The notes beneath the pieces were generated by a model. That model was not told the DNA's origin, did no database searches, and was given only the letters and a program-made list of their open reading frames with translations. Positions 56,039 to 63,804 of a stretch of DNA of 64,000 nucleotides are shown here, piece by piece (positions within the stretch are counted from its first letter, which is position 1; every line of letters begins with the position of its first letter). The stretch is from Phycisphaerales bacterium (GTDB lineage Bacteria > Planctomycetota > Phycisphaerae > Phycisphaerales > SM1A02). The DNA is taken from positions 1,430 through 65,429 of the forward strand of contig SIAR01000010.1 of NCBI GenBank assembly GCA_009691705.1, read 5' to 3'. The position numbers and the translations under genes were made by a program.

Positions 56039-56380
56039 ATGCCACGACTGACAACGATCTTCAATGCGCTTTGCCTCGCGCTTTCGCTCCTCTGTGCCGC
56101 GTGTGATTCGCAGGATGCTCAGCCGTCCAACAAACTTGTCACCCCGCCTGTCAAAACCACAACGCTCGTCTTTGACGTTCAGGGGATGCACTGCAACGGT
56201 TGCGTCGCAGCGATCACTGCCGATGTGCGGGCTATTGCCGGGGTCTCTGGGGCACAAGTCTCGCTTGAGAGTCACTCGGCGCGAGTCGAGGTCGCAGACC
56301 CGTCGCTCGCGGGCAAGATCGAAGCAGCGATCGGCGCGCTGGGCTACACGGTCAAAGCGGTTCCTGCGCCGAAGTCGTAA
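56039..56380 (+). CDS. exported heavy-metal-associated (HMA) domain protein, probable lipoprotein
   Basis: A signal peptide ends LSLLCAAC. The HMA fold carries GMHCNGC (LVFDVQGMHCNGCVAAITADVRAIAGVSGAQVSL). Length is 113 aa. Confidence 0.85.
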   Translation: MPRLTTIFNALCLALSLLCAACDSQDAQPSNKLVTPPVKTTTLVFDVQGMHCNGCVAAITADVRAIAGVSGAQVSLESHSARVEVADPSLAGKIEAAIGALGYTVKAVPAPKS

Positions 56381-59129
56381 CCGCTTCAAGAGTGCTGGGG
56401 AGTCCGAGCAATCGTGGAAATCTACGCAGCGCCGCTGGAAGCACGCCCACCGCACAAATCAAGCAGGCTGCGCTTCCGATGCACATTACCCATCCCAAAC
56501 TTTGAAGTCCCTTGTGTGCCGCAAACAAGAGTGTGCCAAATCCAACCGCGGTGGTCACTGCGCTCAAGATCACCGCCCGAGTCGTCCAGCCGAAATCTCG
56601 GGCACTACCTCCTTCGCGCGCTCTGTGCATGACGTGCACGCAGCTGTCAATTCCAAATCCAAGCAGCATCGGCACGCTGAAGAAGTTGGCGAGATTCAAA
56701 GAGACTCCCAGCAGCGTGAGCATTCCGAGCGTCCAACTCATCCCCAGAAGCAGACAAGCGAGACATGTAAGTGTGGCAACAGTCGACCGCAGGTCGAGCC
56801 AGACCAAGAATGCAATCACGACCAGTGACCACGTCGACATGGCGACAAATGCACTGCGCATATCGACGACAGATTCGTACACGGTCATCGGCACGCCCGT
56901 CGCATCGGCATCGATGGTCCGTAGCGCCGCAACGAACTGTTGAAGCGGAACAAACTCCCAGATGTCGTTGCGAGGAAAGAGTGAGACCAGCAACCCTCCC
57001 TCTGGCGAGACCAGTCGATCGCGCACCGCAACGGGCAAACTCTCGCGCAATCCTGACCGCGCTCCGATCCCAAGTTGATCGAGGGCACGGGCGGTGGTCG
57101 CTGTTGCCAACTCTGCGCGCGATTGTGCAGCCAGGCGCTGCGCAGGATCTTCGAGTTGATCCTTCAATGAACCAAGTGCTTGCGCAGTAGAGCGCAGTTC
57201 CGCGAGCGCATCCCCTGCAGAGGTGAGTGATGCCAGTGCGATGAGTGCGCGCAGTTGATCGTGCACGCCTGCGACGGTGGCGGCCGTCAACGCTGTCGCG
57301 GGAGTCGCACTAGGGGCCTCTGCTTGTTCACGTGTGCGGCGCGGGATCACCCGTGCGAGTTCTTCGCGCAACTTTTCGCGCGCTGAACTCTCTGCTTTCA
57401 CAAGGTCGAACACACTGCGCGCCTCGGCGATGAGCGGTTCGCGCGACGCGCGGTCGATGACCCGTGCGACTTCTTCTTGTGAACGACAGAGGACTGCCCC
57501 AAACCACGATGCGCTGACCGAGTCATCCAAGATTCGATGCTCCCACGCGATCGAGTCGAGACCATCCGCTTGCAGGCGAAGCAGATTCGTTTCAAACTTT
57601 AGAAATGGGATCGCCCCGCAGAGTCCAAGGGTGATAGCCGCCCCCGCAACGAGTGCCCGCCGATCGCGGCGCCTCCCCGTTGCGCCGGTGGAGTAGGTCG
57701 CCGATTCGACTGGTTCACCAGGGAAAAAGTGCCCTCCCAGATTAGGGTGCTCAGCTGTCATCGCCTTCGATCCGAGTCTCACAAGCGCCCGTCGTTCACG
57801 CCACTGATCGACGAGCACGACGAGCGCGGGCAGCGCGACAGTCAAAATCACGGCGCAGACCAGCAGCCCAGTCCCAGCGATGATTCCTAACTCGCGCAGT
57901 CCACCGAACTCAGTTCCGAGCGCGAGAAAAAACACGGCGGCACTCGTCAGTGCGCCGACCCAGGTTGGGATTGTGTTGGCGACGATCGCGGCGCGCATTG
58001 CGGCTGTTGCACCCAAGCGAAGACGAAATTCGGTGTAGCGCGCAACGGTGTGGATTCCGTAATCAACTCCAGCGCTCACCAGCACCAGCATGAAAACCAA
58101 ACTCAGCAGGTTCAGTCGCCCCACGAGCAGAGCCGCGGCGCCGTAGGTAACGGCAAATGTCACAGCCAACATTCCCATCACAAGCAAGGGTCGAACGACA
58201 CTGCCGAGGGTCCACATCGTTAGAAGCGCCACGAGAATTGCGGCAACGACTGTGCCGCGGGTCATGTCGGCGTTGGTGGTTGCAAGCTCATCCGCTTGCA
58301 AAACAGGCTTGCCGGTCAGTCCAATATCGACTGCAGGAAACCGAGACTGCACCGCGCTTATCACGCGGCGAATTTCTGCCAAGATCGGCTCGATGGTGGC
58401 GAGTCCAGCGAAATCCTTGCGCGGCAGGAGTTCGACGAAGAAGATGTTGCCGCTCGAAGAGACGAGATATTCAGCGGAGCGCGGCTGCGCGAAATCAAAC
58501 CCATCGCCTCTTTGAGCGGTCACTGCCTTCATCAAGAAGAGCGCGCCAGCAGCGAGTCGTTGCCGCTCTTGGGAATCCATCGAAATCCCATTTGATTGCA
58601 GACGAGCCAGCCGTTCGCCTGCCTCGCGCAATAACGCGTCGGCCCCTTCACTCTTGGCCGCGCGATCAACGAGCGCAGCGAAGCCATCCGAGGCACCCAG
58701 CACTGCCTGCAACTCTTCATTCGACATCGCCCGCGGAGCGAGTCGCCACTGCTCATCGGCGTCGATTCGCGCATGCACGGCTGGCACCCCAGAGATTGAG
58801 GCAAGTTCGACTTCAAGCGCATCGACCGCAGCCTTCGCACTTTCAGGATTGCCGCGCGCATCGACTGCTACGTACAGATACTCAAGGTCGCCAAACTCGC
58901 GCATGAATTCGCGGTAAGTACGCATGAATGCCCGGTCAGGCGAGATCAGTGAATCGGTGTTGGCATCGAGTGTGAGATGGCGCCCCGCATATATCGCGCT
59001 GAGAGCCGCAAGCACCAGCGTCGCCGCCACGATCGACCGCGGCCATCCCGTTATGAATTCTGCGAGTTGATTCAGAAACTTCGCTCGCCAACCACCTGCG
59101 CAAGCGCGTTCGGGCGGTTGCGCACTCAT
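56352..59129 (-). CDS. MMPL/RND-superfamily exporter (possibly HpnN-like)
   Basis: 925 aa with two bundles of about 6 TM helices. The first contains LVSAGVDYGIHTVARYTEFR and the second LGFGIDSCVHVMHRARE (MMPL/SSD-like GxDY motif). Two large periplasmic loops are present. The start overlaps the upstream aminotransferase stop (ATGA). Confidence 0.8.
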   Translation of the reverse strand: MSAQPPERACAGGWRAKFLNQLAEFITGWPRSIVAATLVLAALSAIYAGRHLTLDANTDSLISPDRAFMRTYREFMREFGDLEYLYVAVDARGNPESAKAAVDALEVELASISGVPAVHARIDADEQWRLAPRAMSNEELQAVLGASDGFAALVDRAAKSEGADALLREAGERLARLQSNGISMDSQERQRLAAGALFLMKAVTAQRGDGFDFAQPRSAEYLVSSSGNIFFVELLPRKDFAGLATIEPILAEIRRVISAVQSRFPAVDIGLTGKPVLQADELATTNADMTRGTVVAAILVALLTMWTLGSVVRPLLVMGMLAVTFAVTYGAAALLVGRLNLLSLVFMLVLVSAGVDYGIHTVARYTEFRLRLGATAAMRAAIVANTIPTWVGALTSAAVFFLALGTEFGGLRELGIIAGTGLLVCAVILTVALPALVVLVDQWRERRALVRLGSKAMTAEHPNLGGHFFPGEPVESATYSTGATGRRRDRRALVAGAAITLGLCGAIPFLKFETNLLRLQADGLDSIAWEHRILDDSVSASWFGAVLCRSQEEVARVIDRASREPLIAEARSVFDLVKAESSAREKLREELARVIPRRTREQAEAPSATPATALTAATVAGVHDQLRALIALASLTSAGDALAELRSTAQALGSLKDQLEDPAQRLAAQSRAELATATTARALDQLGIGARSGLRESLPVAVRDRLVSPEGGLLVSLFPRNDIWEFVPLQQFVAALRTIDADATGVPMTVYESVVDMRSAFVAMSTWSLVVIAFLVWLDLRSTVATLTCLACLLLGMSWTLGMLTLLGVSLNLANFFSVPMLLGFGIDSCVHVMHRAREGGSARDFGWTTRAVILSAVTTAVGFGTLLFAAHKGLQSLGWVMCIGSAACLICAVGVLPAALRRFPRLLGLPSTLEAVTTSAQEPL

Positions 59130-60526
59130 GACGGAGAGTCGGAACTGGTGCGAATCGCATTGCGCGCAATTCGACTCAGCGCGTCGTAGCTTGGTCCTGG
59201 AAAGGTGTGCAGCGATTCCATGACGCGTTCGAATGCCCCGAGAAAGTGCGTGATGTCATTATCGTTGATGATGAGCGGGGGAGTCAGTTTTAGCACGGGC
59301 ATCCCATGCCCAGCGACCTGGCAAAGGATGCCATGATCTTGCATCAGCGGCATTGTGACTGCTTGGGTGAAGAGATTCTCGTTGAGCGCGTGCACCATTT
59401 TCCAGGCTATTTTCAGCGATATCCGCGCCGGACTCGCAAACTCGATGGCGATCATGAGCCCCCGCTGACGAATGTCGCGGATGAAATCGAAGCGCGAGCG
59501 CATCGCGGTGATGCCTTCGCGAATCCGTGCTCCCTGTTCACGTGAACGCTGGGCAAGTTGCTCATCGTCATAGACCGCGAGTGTCGCGAGCGCCGCCGTC
59601 ATGGCGAGTCCACCCATGTGAAAAGTAGAGGAGTGCACGATGGCGCGGTCGAGGCGCGAGAAGACGCGATCCCATACTGCCGTGCGAGTCAGAACAGCGC
59701 CCACAGGAACATAGCCCCCAGAGAGTGCTTTGCTCATCACAACGATGTCGGGCTCAACCGCCCCCTCCTGATCGATGGCGAGAAAGGATCCGGTTCTACC
59801 GACACCTGTTTGCACTTCATCAATAATCAGCAGAGCGCCGTTGCTGTGAACGAGGCGCGATGTCTCGGCAAGAAACTCGGCGGAGTGCAGATTGACTCCC
59901 TTGCCTTGGATCGGCTCTGTGACGAATGCTGCAACATCGCCGCGCGCGAGCTCGCGTGCAAGGGCAGCGAGGTCATTGAATGGGATGGCGCGAAACGATT
60001 CTGGATGTGGTTCAAACCCCTCCCGAAAACTATCGCAACCGTTCATGGCGAGCGCCCCAGTGGTCAGACCATGAAACGCACCCTCTTCGAAGAGCAGAAC
60101 CGGTCGACCTGTGGCACATCGTGCAAACTTGATCGCTGCTTCGATCCCCTCGGTGCCAGAGTTCGTGAAGAAGACGCGGTCAAGCCCACGCCCGACGCGT
60201 TTCTTCAACTCGCCAGCGAGAACGCCGCTGAGCAGTGGCGTTTCGAAAGCAACCATCGAAGGCTCGCCGCTCGCGAGAAAATCACCAAGTGCCTGCTGCA
60301 CAACGGGATGGTTTCTCCCGATGTTGCACACCGCATAGCCAGCGACCATATCGAGATACTGCCGTCCTGCGGAGTCCCAGAGATATTGTCCACACGCGCG
60401 CACATACTCATTGTCAAAGCCAATGAGTTTGAGTGCCTTCGCCCACTTGGGATTGACATGCCCACCGTGCAATGCGCGCGCCTCGCCTCGATGCGCAGCG
60501 ATCAGCGTCCTGAGGTCAAACGACAT
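59126..60526 (-). CDS. class III pyridoxal-phosphate-dependent aminotransferase (ornithine/putrescine/acetylornithine aminotransferase-like)
   Basis: Trimmed to ATG 60526 (MSFDLRTL...). The family blocks are YLDMVAGYAVCNIGRNHP, FFTNSGTEGIEAAIKFAR, EPIQGKGV, IIDEVQTGVGRTG and the PLP lysine in VMSKALSGG. Confidence 0.88.
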   Translation of the reverse strand: MSFDLRTLIAAHRGEARALHGGHVNPKWAKALKLIGFDNEYVRACGQYLWDSAGRQYLDMVAGYAVCNIGRNHPVVQQALGDFLASGEPSMVAFETPLLSGVLAGELKKRVGRGLDRVFFTNSGTEGIEAAIKFARCATGRPVLLFEEGAFHGLTTGALAMNGCDSFREGFEPHPESFRAIPFNDLAALARELARGDVAAFVTEPIQGKGVNLHSAEFLAETSRLVHSNGALLIIDEVQTGVGRTGSFLAIDQEGAVEPDIVVMSKALSGGYVPVGAVLTRTAVWDRVFSRLDRAIVHSSTFHMGGLAMTAALATLAVYDDEQLAQRSREQGARIREGITAMRSRFDFIRDIRQRGLMIAIEFASPARISLKIAWKMVHALNENLFTQAVTMPLMQDHGILCQVAGHGMPVLKLTPPLIINDNDITHFLGAFERVMESLHTFPGPSYDALSRIARNAIRTSSDSPS

Positions 60527-61874
60527 CGAGCCGCGCACTCTGGCTGGATGAGCGCACAGCTGACGCGACTCCATCGCGAATCAACAGACACCGGCCACCG
60601 ACGAACACATTGCTTGCGCGCCCCTTGACCTTCCAGCCATCAAACGGGCAGTTGCGGCTCTTTGACTTGAACTGCTCAGCATCAATCGTCCATTCCACAG
60701 TGGGATCGATCACAGTGACATCACTCGATAGTCCTGGCACAAGTTGACCCAACCCGCGACCATCGATGCCGAGCAGGCGCGCTGGTTCGATGGTCATGAG
60801 CGCAATCAGACGAGCCCACGAGATCGCACCGCTCTCGACGAGCGCCTTGATGTAGAGCGGTAGGGCGCATTCCAACCCGATCATTCCAAATGGTGCGCTT
60901 GAGAAATCACGGGCCTTTTCGGCAGAGGTGTGAGGCGCGTGATCAGTCGCAAGAATCGTGATCGTTGCGTCGATTATGCCTTCGATGATCGCATGAATGT
61001 CGCTGTCGCAACGCAGCGGCGGATTCACCTTGGCCTGTGTGTTGTATCCCGTGCACATCTCCTCAGTTAGAAGCAGATGATGCGGTGAAGCCTCAGCGGT
61101 GATTGGCTGTTGCTGCGCACGGGCGCGTCGCACGATTTCAACACTGCCGGCGGTTGAGAGGTGCTGCACGTGGTAGCGCGCTCGATGCCCGCGATTCAAT
61201 CGAACGTCGCGCTCGATGATGACCTCTTCGGCAACGCCCGGCCATCCACCAAGTCCAAGGCGAGCACTCACCACGCCAGCATTCATCGCGCCACCAACCG
61301 TCAGCGTGGGATCCTGGCAGTGTTGCATGAACACTTTGTCGAGCGATGCGCAGACTGCGAGCACCTTGCCCATCATCCCAGCGCTCGCGACGCAATCGCC
61401 ATCATCGGAGAATGCAACTGCGCCGACCTGTGCCATTGCTCCCATCGGAGCAAGTTGTTCGCCGGCACGACCCACTGTTGCCGCACCTGTGACGAAGACC
61501 CGCGCCTTCTGGCTTGCGTTAGCCCGCATCTGCACGAACTCAACCGTGCTTGGCAGGTCGATTGCCGGAGTGGTGTTTGGCATGCAGCAGACGCTTGTGA
61601 ATCCGCCTGAAATCGCCGCGGCTGCTCCTGAGGCAATCGTCTCTTTGTCATCGGCTCCGGGTTCGCGCAGATGCACATGCGGATCGATCAACCCCGGCAC
61701 GACAAGCTTCCCTTCGCAGTCGATGACACGCCCGCCCGCCGGAGCAGTCAGTTCGCCGCGCGTCGCAGAGATCGCCACCACCAGGCCGTCGGCAATCAAT
61801 ACGTCAGCAGTCTCATCACGACCAGTCGAAGGATCGATGACTCTGCCGCCGAGAAGAAGAAATGCGGTGCTCAT
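60516..61874 (-). CDS. pyrC: dihydroorotase (amidohydrolase superfamily)
   Basis: Trimmed to ATG 61874 (MSTAFLLLGGRVIDP...). The motifs are DPHVHLREPG (HxH), HVQHLS and TDHAPH. Length is 452 aa. Confidence 0.85.
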   Translation of the reverse strand: MSTAFLLLGGRVIDPSTGRDETADVLIADGLVVAISATRGELTAPAGGRVIDCEGKLVVPGLIDPHVHLREPGADDKETIASGAAAAISGGFTSVCCMPNTTPAIDLPSTVEFVQMRANASQKARVFVTGAATVGRAGEQLAPMGAMAQVGAVAFSDDGDCVASAGMMGKVLAVCASLDKVFMQHCQDPTLTVGGAMNAGVVSARLGLGGWPGVAEEVIIERDVRLNRGHRARYHVQHLSTAGSVEIVRRARAQQQPITAEASPHHLLLTEEMCTGYNTQAKVNPPLRCDSDIHAIIEGIIDATITILATDHAPHTSAEKARDFSSAPFGMIGLECALPLYIKALVESGAISWARLIALMTIEPARLLGIDGRGLGQLVPGLSSDVTVIDPTVEWTIDAEQFKSKSRNCPFDGWKVKGRASNVFVGGRCLLIRDGVASAVRSSSQSARLDVV

Positions 61875-61906
61875 GCCCAAGCAATAGTAGCGAAGCCACG
61901 TGGGCG

Positions 61907-61950
61907 AAAAAAAGCCGCACTCCCGATTGCGGGGGTGCGGCTTTGTGTTT
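61907..61950 (-). terminator. rho-independent (bidirectional-type) terminator after the small Cys-rich lipoprotein gene
   Basis: AAAAAAA-GCCGCACTCCCG-ATTG-CGGGGGTGCGGC-TTTGTGTTT. It has a 12-bp GC-rich stem (one G.T pair) and a 4-nt loop. A U7 tract follows on the minus strand and a TTTGTGTTT tract on the plus strand. It lies 16 nt downstream of the stop at 61966. Confidence 0.8.
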
Positions 61951-61965
61951 GGCTCGAAAAATTGC

Positions 61966-62277
61966 TTAGCCGTTGGTCTTGCCAGACATTGGGCAGGACG
62001 TGCTGCTGCCACTCTTGCTGCAACCAGGCTTCGCGCTTCCATCGCATCCAGACTTCACTGCGCCCACTGCGCCAGGAGCTGGAGCGGCTGCCTTGTCCTT
62101 GCAGCATGATGCCTTGACTTCTCCCACTGCGCCAGGAGCTGCAGCGGCTGCCTTGTCCTTGCAGCATGATGCCTTGACTTCTCCCACCGCGCCTGGAGCT
62201 GCAGCCTTCGGATTGTTGTTGCACCCGGCAAGGGCGAGAAGAAGAGTGCTGCCGACAATGAGTGCGAATCGATTCAT
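61966..62277 (-). CDS. small Cys-rich repeat lipoprotein (103-aa precursor)
   Basis: Trimmed to ATG 62277, giving MNRFALIVGSTLLLALAGC with the perfect lipobox LAGC. The mature part is two near-identical 20-aa repeats (APGAVGEVKASCCKDKAAAA) plus a third degenerate repeat and SGCDGSAKPGCSKSGSSTSCPMSGKTNG. An AGGAG sits 7 nt upstream and a strong terminator lies downstream. Confidence 0.7.
   Translation of the reverse strand: MNRFALIVGSTLLLALAGCNNNPKAAAPGAVGEVKASCCKDKAAAAAPGAVGEVKASCCKDKAAAPAPGAVGAVKSGCDGSAKPGCSKSGSSTSCPMSGKTNG
62063..62206. repeat. 60-bp tandem repeat, 2.4 copies, in-frame within the small lipoprotein gene
   Basis: Rows 62041, 62101 and 62161 of the sequence are almost superimposable. 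Units 62063-62122 and 62123-62182 differ at one position, and a partial third unit is diverging. Confidence 0.95.
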
Positions 62278-62284
62278 GTTGATA

Positions 62285-62289
62285 CTCCT
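62285..62289 (-). promoter_or_regulatory. strong Shine-Dalgarno (AGGAG) for the small lipoprotein gene
   Basis: The plus-strand ctcct at 62285-62289 reads AGGAG on the minus strand, 7 nt from ATG 62277. Most genes in this window lack such a clear SD. Confidence 0.5.
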
Positions 62290-62364
62290 AAATGTTGGTG
62301 GTGAGAGAGAACTTTCAAAACAGTATACAGAGCGAACGATGCACACCATCTAGGATTGCGTCAA

Positions 62365-63711
62365 ATGCCCAAGAAAGACCCTGAGCGGTTACTGAATCGG
62401 GCGCGGGAATTGCCTCCCGATACCGGGGTCTATCTCATGAAAGACGCCGCGGGATGCGTCATCTACGTCGGAAAGGCCCTGCGCTTGCGCGATCGGGTGA
62501 GTTCCTACTTCATCCCGAGTGCTGATTTGGGGTCGCGCAAGCAGCCAATGATCGCCCTGATCGCTGATTTTGACGTCATCCCATGCGAGGGGGAGTGGGA
62601 GGCGCTTCTCATGGAGGCCCGCCTTGTCAAGGATCTTCAGCCGCGCTTCAATGAACGACTCCTCGACGACAAGAGTTTTCCATACCTCGTTGTGACCATG
62701 CGCGACGAGTTTCCGGCCGTCTTTGTGACGCACAATCCCACGGATGCGAAGTTTCGCTCAGCACGCACGCTCGGACCATTCGTCAGCGGTAGTTCGCTGC
62801 GCCATGCCATCCAAATCTTGCAGCGGGTCTTCAAATTCAGAACGTGTGAACTCGACATTCGCGCCGACAATCCAAGCAACACGGGGTTTCGTCCCTGCCT
62901 GCTTCATGCGATCGGTCAGTGCACGGCGCCCTGTGCGAATCGAATCACGCCAGCGGTGTACCGCGCCGATGTCGAGCGTTTTCTGCGCTTTCTCTCAAGC
63001 AAACGAAGCGCAATGCTTCGAGAATTGCAGGGCGAAATGGCAAGCGCGGCGCGCGAACATAATTTCGAACATGCCGCAGTTCTTCGAGATCAGATTCGTG
63101 CCATTGAACGACTTGACGAGCGCGAACGTCGCGGGCACGAGGGCGAGTTTGATTGGCAGCCAGAGGTCACTGGACTCATCCACGATCCCGCCAGAGCACT
63201 CACCTCCCTTCAGAAGTCACTCGAGTGCGAGACCCCGATTCGCTGCGTCGAAGCGATAGATATCGCTCATCTAGGTGGCGATGAGACCGTGGGAAGCAAG
63301 GTGTGCTTTGTGGATGGTCGCCCGTTTAAGGATGGTTACCGCAGGTATCGCATTCGAACTGTTGCCAACGATGACTACCGGGCGATCAAAGAAGTGGTGA
63401 CGCGCCGCTACCGCGAGGCAAGCGAGGGTCACGAACTCTATCCCGATCTCATTCTGATCGATGGAGGTGCCGGCCAACTGAGCGCGGCGCTCGCTGCGTT
63501 TGCAACGCTCGCGGCGCAGCCGCCCATGGTCATCGCACTCGCAAAGAAAGAAGAGCTCATTTTTCGGGCTGGATCCAAGGACCCACTTCGGCTGGGGGCT
63601 GAAAACATCGGATTGAAACTCTGTCAGGCGATAAGGGATGAGGCGCACCGCTTTGCGCAGCACTACCACCACCTCTTGCGATCGAAGCGCATGTTCGGCG
63701 ATGCGCAGTGA
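62365..63711 (+). CDS. uvrC: excinuclease ABC subunit C lacking the C-terminal (HhH)2 domain
   Basis: The GIY-YIG domain (GVYLMKDAAGCVIYVGKALRLRDRVSSYF), the UVR domain (EHNFEHAAVLRDQIRAIERL) and the RNase-H-like endonuclease domain (IEAIDIAHLGG...IRDEAHRFA) are present. The ORF ends about 20 aa after that block. ATG 62365 is preceded by AGGA; TTG 62356 is an alternative start. Confidence 0.88.
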   Translation: MPKKDPERLLNRARELPPDTGVYLMKDAAGCVIYVGKALRLRDRVSSYFIPSADLGSRKQPMIALIADFDVIPCEGEWEALLMEARLVKDLQPRFNERLLDDKSFPYLVVTMRDEFPAVFVTHNPTDAKFRSARTLGPFVSGSSLRHAIQILQRVFKFRTCELDIRADNPSNTGFRPCLLHAIGQCTAPCANRITPAVYRADVERFLRFLSSKRSAMLRELQGEMASAAREHNFEHAAVLRDQIRAIERLDERERRGHEGEFDWQPEVTGLIHDPARALTSLQKSLECETPIRCVEAIDIAHLGGDETVGSKVCFVDGRPFKDGYRRYRIRTVANDDYRAIKEVVTRRYREASEGHELYPDLILIDGGAGQLSAALAAFATLAAQPPMVIALAKKEELIFRAGSKDPLRLGAENIGLKLCQAIRDEAHRFAQHYHHLLRSKRMFGDAQ

Positions 63712-63804
63712 ACCCCGAGGCTCCGCCGCACAATGCCTCAATCGAATTGGATGGCACCATCCCTATGCGAACCACGGTCGTTCTAGGAGCGACGCGCGCC
63801 TGGT

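Noticed and set aside
28528-56380. I asked whether the P1B-like ATPase and the HMA-domain protein form a classical cop operon.
   Set aside because: The two genes are 25 kb apart on opposite strands with about 20 unrelated genes between them. The ATPase also lacks Cu(I)-type ligands, so an operonic or functional link cannot be claimed from this window.
62063-62206. I asked whether the 60-bp, 18-bp (21608-21654) and 12-bp (14333-14364, about 48080-48110) tandem repeats could be CRISPR-like or mobile-element termini.
   Set aside because: The repeats are directly adjacent with no spacers. They are in frame within coding sequence or at a gene end, and no cas, transposase or integrase genes are nearby. 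They are slippage-type tandem duplications.
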